Shown: positions 58,455 through 64,000 of the stretch, one piece after another | Numbering within the stretch: position 1 is the stretch's first letter | Layout: every line of letters begins with the position of its first letter | Source of the DNA: Turneriella sp. | GTDB taxonomy: Bacteria; Spirochaetota; Leptospiria; Turneriellales; Turneriellaceae | Length of the DNA: 64,000 bases | Assembly: GCA_965279515.1 (NCBI GenBank) | Contig: CBDIID010000003.1 | Span: 2,848,001-2,912,000, forward strand | Direction: 5' to 3' | Position numbers and translations under genes: made by a program | Notes under the pieces: model-generated | Database searches by the model: none | What the model was told of the DNA's origin: nothing | The model's input: the letters and a program-made list of their open reading frames with translations, nothing else

Positions 58455-59507
58455 TTATGCGCGCTCGAGCACCGAGGCGACATTCTGTGCGATATGCGTG
58501 AAGGCGTCCACAATGGGGTCGATCTTTTTATTCTTGTTCTTGTAAACGGGGATTTCTCCCTTTTCTGCGGCGGCCATCGCGTCTTCGACGAGCGGCACTT
58601 GTCCGAGCAGTATACTTTCAGAACTGGCCGCAAGTCTCGCCCCGCCGCCGCGCGAGAAGATGTGGTTGGGTTTGCCGCAGTGCGAACAAAGAAACTCGCT
58701 CATATTCTCGACCACACCCAGAATAGGTATGTTCACCTGTTCGAACATAGCTACGGCGCGGCCGGCATCAAGCAGCGCTACCGACTGCGGCGTCGTGACG
58801 ATGATGGCGCCATCGGTCTGCACCAACTGCGCGAGGGAAAGTTGCGTGTCGCCCGTGCCCGGCGGCAGGTCGATGATGAGGTAATCCAACTCACCCCAGT
58901 TCATGTCGTAGAGGAACTGCTCGACGGCTTTGCCTAGCATCGGGCCGCGCCAGACGATGGGCTGGCCTTCGTCGACGAGGAAAGAAAAACTCATGACCTT
59001 CAGGCCAAACTTTTCAATGGGCGTGATGCGGTCGTCGCGCACGTCGAGCTGCTGGCGGCCATCGATGCCAAGCATTTTGCCGATCGAGGGGCCATAGATG
59101 TCGGCGTCCATCAGGCCCACCTTTTTTCCCATCTGCTGCAATGTAGAGGCGAGGTTTACCGAGACGGTAGATTTACCCACACCGCCCTTGCCTGAGGCGA
59201 CGGCGATGACCTTTTTCACGCCGGGAATGCTGCGCTGCGGGCGGGCAACCGGGCCCTGCTTGTTGACTTCGGGTTTCGCATCGTTCCACTTGAACTTGAA
59301 CCCGTCGGGCGCAATACCTTCCTTGCTGGCAAGCGTTCGCAGCTGCGCTTCGATGGCCAGTTGCCACTTCTTATCGCCACCTGCTTTCAGCTCGATGACC
59401 GGCTTGTCGCCGTCATGCACTGCAATGAGCAGCTTATCGTCGGTGATCGATTTATGCGTCAGGGGATTCTGTACGCGGCTGAGGAGACTTTCGAGTTTTG
59501 CTTTCAT
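58455..59507 (-). CDS. mrp: Mrp/ApbC Fe-S cluster carrier ATPase
   Basis: SGKGGVGKS, DADIYGPS, WRGPM, DLPPGTGD, ENMS..CxxC. Confidence 0.95.
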   Translation of the reverse strand: MKAKLESLLSRVQNPLTHKSITDDKLLIAVHDGDKPVIELKAGGDKKWQLAIEAQLRTLASKEGIAPDGFKFKWNDAKPEVNKQGPVARPQRSIPGVKKVIAVASGKGGVGKSTVSVNLASTLQQMGKKVGLMDADIYGPSIGKMLGIDGRQQLDVRDDRITPIEKFGLKVMSFSFLVDEGQPIVWRGPMLGKAVEQFLYDMNWGELDYLIIDLPPGTGDTQLSLAQLVQTDGAIIVTTPQSVALLDAGRAVAMFEQVNIPILGVVENMSEFLCSHCGKPNHIFSRGGGARLAASSESILLGQVPLVEDAMAAAEKGEIPVYKNKNKKIDPIVDAFTHIAQNVASVLERA

Positions 59508-59512
59508 AGTAC

Positions 59513-60847
59513 CTATTTGTTTTTAAATGTATTGGCGATTAAAATCGCCGCTATGTTGAATACGACACCAAAAATACCGACCAGCGCATAGTGCTGCATG
59601 GGTTGTCCGGGCGAGGCAACGATGATAAACGATGCCGCGATTGCGCCGAGCGACATCGCGAGTTGCTGCACTGAACCGTTGAGGCTCATGAATATGCCAC
59701 GGGAAGAAGGTGTTACCGTGTTATTGAGCAGCGACATCGCCGGAACCATGCGGCCTGACACGAAGACAAAGAACAGCACCGCGAAAACCAGCAGCAGCGG
59801 AAAATTCGACGTCCATTGGTTAGTGACCAGGATAAACGGGATAGACGCCAGGCCAGAAATGATTGTGTACATTTTCACCGAACCTATTTTGTCCGTAAGG
59901 CTGCCGACAATCGGGGATGTGACAATTGTGGCAAGGCCGCCAGCGAGGTAGATAAACGGCAATTGCTGGTCGCTGACACCGTGGTTTTTCTGCATAAAAC
60001 CTGCGATATAGGGAATGATACTGAAGGCGGCGACGAAGTGAAATATCATCATGAGATAGAGACGTATATGTTTACCTTCCGCAAAAACGGCGACGATCTG
60101 GCGCAAGACGTTTTGTTTGGGGCCGAACATATGGTTTTTCAGCGCAGGCATCTTGAGAAAAGCGACAACGAAAACCAACGCCGAAGCACCTGCGATCAGG
60201 TAATAAGGTAACTGGAGAAAGAACTTGCTGGCAAACCAGATCCCCGCTGGTACGCCGGCGACGGCAGCCACAGAAAAAGAAATCATGATCACGCCTGTTG
60301 CCCGGCCGCGCTTTGCGGGTTCAATCAGATCGCCGATAATAGAAAACGAAATTCCCGAAAGAATGCCGCCAAAGGCGCCCGTGAGAATGCGCGCAAGCAT
60401 AAAGGATTTATAATCCGGTGCTATGGCGCAGACGAGGTTTCCGATGATAAATCCGGCAAATGCCACAAGCAAGGTGCGCTTGCGCGAAATCCGTTCGACA
60501 AAAAATGTTCCCGCGATGCCCGAAGCAAAGGCAGCAAGCGTATAACTCGAAACAAGCCAGCCGAACTGGTTGGTTGTGATATGGAATAACTCTTCAAATT
60601 TCTTGTTGAGCGGCATCAGCACCATAAAGTCGACGATGTGCATGAACTGGATAAATGCGAGTATGAGAAGGACCGTCCACTGGCTCTTCGAGAAAACAGG
60701 TTCTTTTTTCGCTTCGTTGATCGCCACGCCAGCGACGGCCGCTTCGCTCTCCAGAAACGAGTGTTCGTGGTGAGGCGCTGGCCTTGCCTTCTTTTTCGCC
60801 GCCTTCTTCTTGGCCGGCTTCTTGACGGCTTTTTTCTTTGTGGCCAT
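59513..60847 (-). CDS. MFS transporter
   Basis: About 12 TM helices, IVDFMVLMP, RGRATG; Lys/Ala-rich N-terminal tail. Confidence 0.9.
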   Translation of the reverse strand: MATKKKAVKKPAKKKAAKKKARPAPHHEHSFLESEAAVAGVAINEAKKEPVFSKSQWTVLLILAFIQFMHIVDFMVLMPLNKKFEELFHITTNQFGWLVSSYTLAAFASGIAGTFFVERISRKRTLLVAFAGFIIGNLVCAIAPDYKSFMLARILTGAFGGILSGISFSIIGDLIEPAKRGRATGVIMISFSVAAVAGVPAGIWFASKFFLQLPYYLIAGASALVFVVAFLKMPALKNHMFGPKQNVLRQIVAVFAEGKHIRLYLMMIFHFVAAFSIIPYIAGFMQKNHGVSDQQLPFIYLAGGLATIVTSPIVGSLTDKIGSVKMYTIISGLASIPFILVTNQWTSNFPLLLVFAVLFFVFVSGRMVPAMSLLNNTVTPSSRGIFMSLNGSVQQLAMSLGAIAASFIIVASPGQPMQHYALVGIFGVVFNIAAILIANTFKNK

Positions 60848-60904
60848 GCGCCACTCAGGGAGGCTTAGACACGGCGAAAAAGGAAATAAGACGGATTAAC
60901 TGAG

Positions 60905-61519
60905 CTACTTCTTCTCATATTTCCAGTTCAGGCCTTTACCTTCGGCAATCTGCTCCAGTGATTTCAGCAGCCGCTTCTCGCGTGTTTCGGCCGTCTTGGC
61001 GCCCGCCACATGCTCGACGTAATCTTTGCGGTATGAAAAGCTGAAAGCATTCCAGTGCGACCAGGTCTTTGTCTCGGCCTTGAGCGCCTTCAGCATAAAC
61101 GGGGGGACATCCACCTTGCGCTTGGGGTCGCGCGCGACTTTGGGCTTCTTCACCCCGCTGCCCTGTTCGTTCAGCTTCACCGCCGCCCGAATGAGAGCAA
61201 TCAGGTCTTTCTCTTTGGGCAGGTCTTTGACCGAGCGGATGCGCCCGAAATGGCCCATGGCCGTGCGGCTTTCTTTTTGCAGAAGCCCCTTCGTGTCCTT
61301 CAGTAGCGAGCCCTTCCAGAAATTCAGGGCGCAGTGTTCCTTAAAGGCGGCGGTGCCGCAGAGGATTCCGTTATAATCAAAATGCGGCATACCCCATTTG
61401 ATGGTTTCTTCGACGTTGGGGCAGGCCTTATGCACCGTTTGGCGGATGTATGTCAGAATCGGTTTCGCAAAATCCTGCGCTTTGGCGATATAGGCGTCGA
61501 TGCGTTTGTCGGTTTTCAT
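60905..61519 (-). CDS. YdeI/OmpD-associated (DUF1801) protein
   Basis: IKWGMPHF, AKTAETREKRL, NWKY. Confidence 0.88.
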   Translation of the reverse strand: MKTDKRIDAYIAKAQDFAKPILTYIRQTVHKACPNVEETIKWGMPHFDYNGILCGTAAFKEHCALNFWKGSLLKDTKGLLQKESRTAMGHFGRIRSVKDLPKEKDLIALIRAAVKLNEQGSGVKKPKVARDPKRKVDVPPFMLKALKAETKTWSHWNAFSFSYRKDYVEHVAGAKTAETREKRLLKSLEQIAEGKGLNWKYEKK

Positions 61520-62244
61520 GGGTTCGATTCGCTTTTTTCGTCGAAGTCGCCGCCGGCATATTTCTTCCAGGCGCGGAGCTGCTTTTCAGCCACCTGCGCT
61601 TCGGCCTGAAAGCGCCCCGCGCTGACCGAAACCAATACGCGGTTGGCTGAAGCCACCTTGTCGAAGAGCGCGCTTTCAGGCGCGATTTCCACATGATAAA
61701 TATGCCACGAGCGTTGCGCCGCGCCAGCTGTCGCGGGCTTACCAAAAGTGATATAACCTGTCTGCGCCTGCGCGCTGTTCGCGAGATTCGGATTATCTGC
61801 CTGGCGCTGGCCCGTATCGAGCACTGTTACCGTTTCTGAAAAAATTTCCTTTTTGACGTTCAGGGGTTCGAATTCAAGCGTGCGGCCGTCGGCTTCGAGG
61901 CGGATCTTCCCCTTGGGCGCCGGGTCGGTGTCGTAGAGCTTCAGCGCCAGTGAAATCACATCGTCCGCTGCCCGCGGCAAAGCTGCAGGCCGCCGGAATG
62001 TCAGGGTGAGCGTGCGTTCGCCGCGGTCGAGTTCGAGAATCCTGTCGCCGTCGAGACTCAGGTAGTGTTCCGTGCTGAGCGTCAGGTAATCGGTATTGAG
62101 CTTTTTATCCCGGTTCAGGCGTACGACGTTATACTTCGAAGAACATGCAGCAGACAAGATGATTGCGCTGCCTGCAAATAGAAATAGCCGGCGGATAGAT
62201 AGCTTCAGAATGCCAAAGGCTCGATCTGGAGAATCACCCGTCAA
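61516..62244 (-). CDS. Hypothetical lipoprotein
   Basis: Lipobox-like LSAAC; overlaps neighbours in the operon. Confidence 0.65.
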   Translation of the reverse strand: MTGDSPDRAFGILKLSIRRLFLFAGSAIILSAACSSKYNVVRLNRDKKLNTDYLTLSTEHYLSLDGDRILELDRGERTLTLTFRRPAALPRAADDVISLALKLYDTDPAPKGKIRLEADGRTLEFEPLNVKKEIFSETVTVLDTGQRQADNPNLANSAQAQTGYITFGKPATAGAAQRSWHIYHVEIAPESALFDKVASANRVLVSVSAGRFQAEAQVAEKQLRAWKKYAGGDFDEKSESNP

Positions 62245-63071
62245 CCGTTTCGTTTGCCAGTAACGATATGGACGCGTGCCCCGAGCAGTACTGAACCTGC
62301 GGTTTCGATTCCGGCCAGGCGGGCCGTCAACAGCCGCTGCGCCTCGCTGACTTTCTCCGGGCCGGCTTTTGCCAGCAGTTCACCGAAGGACGAAAAAGAC
62401 GAGAGGGCAAAAACAGCCGCATCAGATGCAGCTAACTTGCCACCCACCGGCAGCTTACCACGCCAATCACTGACTTTCAGGTCGCCAAACCCCGCTGCCT
62501 GCAACAGTTTGATCAGTTTCTGTTCCTGCGCATAACGAAAGGGGCCGGGCGCCTCGGGATCAGGCCTGGGAATATCCACAAGGCTCGCAACAATATCGCG
62601 CACTGCGACTATCCATTCATTATCTGCGGGAGGTCCCCAGACGGCGAAGGCAAACTGCCCACCCGGCTTGAGCCAGCGGAACAAATTGGAAAACGCCGCT
62701 TGCGGTTCATCGAAGAACATGACGCCGAAACGCGAGAATAATCTGTCATAGGGTTGTTCCGGCAGAGCCTTCGCCATATCGGCAACCGCAAATTTTACCG
62801 TGGGTTCGCGCTTTTGCGCCGCTTCAATCAGGGCGGGAGAAATATCGAAACCATGGATAACATTGCCCGCAGGGGCGAATCGTGCTAAATCTGAAGCGGT
62901 GCCGCCGCCCCCGCAACCGATCTCGGCGATGCGATACGCCGCATCGAGGCCGAGGGCTGCGAACAGCGGGGCATCCACCGGCGCGAGCATCGCTTCCATG
63001 CCGGTGAGTTGGCCCAGCCATTTTTCACCGCGCTCCCCTTGCCAGTCTGCTGATCCGGGTTGCGCGGTCAT
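62241..63071 (-). CDS. Class I SAM-dependent methyltransferase
   Basis: EIGCGGG, DIS, SRFGVMFF, LKPGG. Confidence 0.9.
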   Translation of the reverse strand: MTAQPGSADWQGERGEKWLGQLTGMEAMLAPVDAPLFAALGLDAAYRIAEIGCGGGGTASDLARFAPAGNVIHGFDISPALIEAAQKREPTVKFAVADMAKALPEQPYDRLFSRFGVMFFDEPQAAFSNLFRWLKPGGQFAFAVWGPPADNEWIVAVRDIVASLVDIPRPDPEAPGPFRYAQEQKLIKLLQAAGFGDLKVSDWRGKLPVGGKLAASDAAVFALSSFSSFGELLAKAGPEKVSEAQRLLTARLAGIETAGSVLLGARVHIVTGKRNG

Positions 63072-63077
63072 GGTGCG

Positions 63078-64000
63078 TTATGTGGTGGCGAGGCCGAGAT
63101 TTTTGGAAACAATCTCGCGCATGATTTCGGACGTTCCGGCATAGATCGTCTGCACACGGCAGTCTAGGTAAGCTTTCGCAATCGGGTACTCCATCATGAA
63201 ACCATAACCACCGAAGAACTGCAGGCATTTCGAAACGTGTGCCTGAAGAAGCTCTGAGCATTGCAGCTTCACCGCCGAAGCCTGCGCAGGCGTTGCATCG
63301 CCCGTCATGTGCAACTGCACGACGCGGTCGAGATACTGGCGCGCGGCTTCTTGTTCGACATACATGTCGACGAGGCTGAAGCGAGTGTTCTGGAAACCGC
63401 CGATTGGTTTGCCAAAGGCGCGGCGCTCGTTGCAGTATTTCACTGTCTGGTCGAGCACGACTTCGGCTGAAGCGATGTTCGAGATCGCGAGTACCAGGCG
63501 CTCTTGTGCCAACGACTGCATCAGGTAACGGAAGCCCGCGTTCATGCGGCCCAGCAGGTTTTCTTTCGGTACCTTCACGTCGTTAAAATGCAGTTCTGAT
63601 GTATCCTGTGCGTGCAGGCCAATCTTCTTGAGCTTGCGGCCGCGCTCGAAGCCCGGCATGCCGCGCTCTACCATAAGAAGAGAGATGCCACCTTGGCCCT
63701 CGCCCGTGCGTGCAACGACGATGCACAGGTCAGAGAGATAGCCGTTCGAAATGAAGGTCTTTGAGCCGTTGAGAATGAAGTGATCACCCTTGTCGACTGC
63801 CTTGGTGGTGACGGCGGCAAGGTCAGAACCTGTGCCGGGTTCGGTCATGCCGATCGAGAGAATTTTCGTGCCGTCAATAATGCCCGGCAACCAGCGCTTC
63901 TTTTGCTCTTCGTTGGCATAATGCAGAACGTAGGGCGCGATGACGTCGGCGTGCAGTGAAATAAAGAAGCCCGATGATGCGGCTTTCGCCAGCTCTTCGA
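63078..64000 (-). CDS. Acyl-CoA dehydrogenase (5' end beyond the window)
   Basis: MTEPGTGSD, NGSKTFISNG, ERL, GGYGFM.EYPI, IYAGTSEI. Confidence 0.95.
   Translation of the reverse strand, partial: EELAKAASSGFFISLHADVIAPYVLHYANEEQKKRWLPGIIDGTKILSIGMTEPGTGSDLAAVTTKAVDKGDHFILNGSKTFISNGYLSDLCIVVARTGEGQGGISLLMVERGMPGFERGRKLKKIGLHAQDTSELHFNDVKVPKENLLGRMNAGFRYLMQSLAQERLVLAISNIASAEVVLDQTVKYCNERRAFGKPIGGFQNTRFSLVDMYVEQEAARQYLDRVVQLHMTGDATPAQASAVKLQCSELLQAHVSKCLQFFGGYGFMMEYPIAKAYLDCRVQTIYAGTSEIMREIVSKNLGLATT

Noticed and set aside
1..64000. rRNA, tRNA, IS transposase, integrase or prophage genes
   Set aside because: None recognised by eye; covariance-model and HMM searches were not available.

Overview
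Mostly core chromosome of a Leptospiraceae-like spirochaete (a Turneriella-like assignment is inferred from spirochaete-type FlgE, a BLUF-adenylyl cyclase and Leptospira-like lipoproteins; not verified by search). About 70 CDS: coxB/SCO, sucD and sucC (separated), pdhB, lipA, hemG, ndk, ispA, tlyA, def, fliK-flgD-flgE, rpsU-dnaG, cca, dcd, mrp, and two toxin-antitoxin modules (VapBC, BrnTA). The notable structure is mostly non-coding. (1) A candidate replication origin at 2.6-2.8 kb (tandem DnaA boxes, GC spacer, DnaA-trios, AT-rich tract) with no dnaA gene in the window, plus two perfect parS palindromes inside fliK and flgD. (2) An AT-richer island (about 32.5-39.6 kb) of unrelated genes, including a stand-alone SIR2-like protein and a 21-aa tandem-repeat protein, separated by long degenerate attC-like sites with no integrase in the window. 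(3) A family of G/C-rich palindromic REP-like elements, two of them read in-frame inside proteins. (4) A recurring TTGAC(N) hexamer 27-29 nt upstream of about 15 start codons that lack a Shine-Dalgarno site, suggesting widespread leaderless mRNAs. No rRNA, tRNA, CRISPR array, transposase or integrase was recognised. Many ORF-track starts were shortened to more plausible codons.
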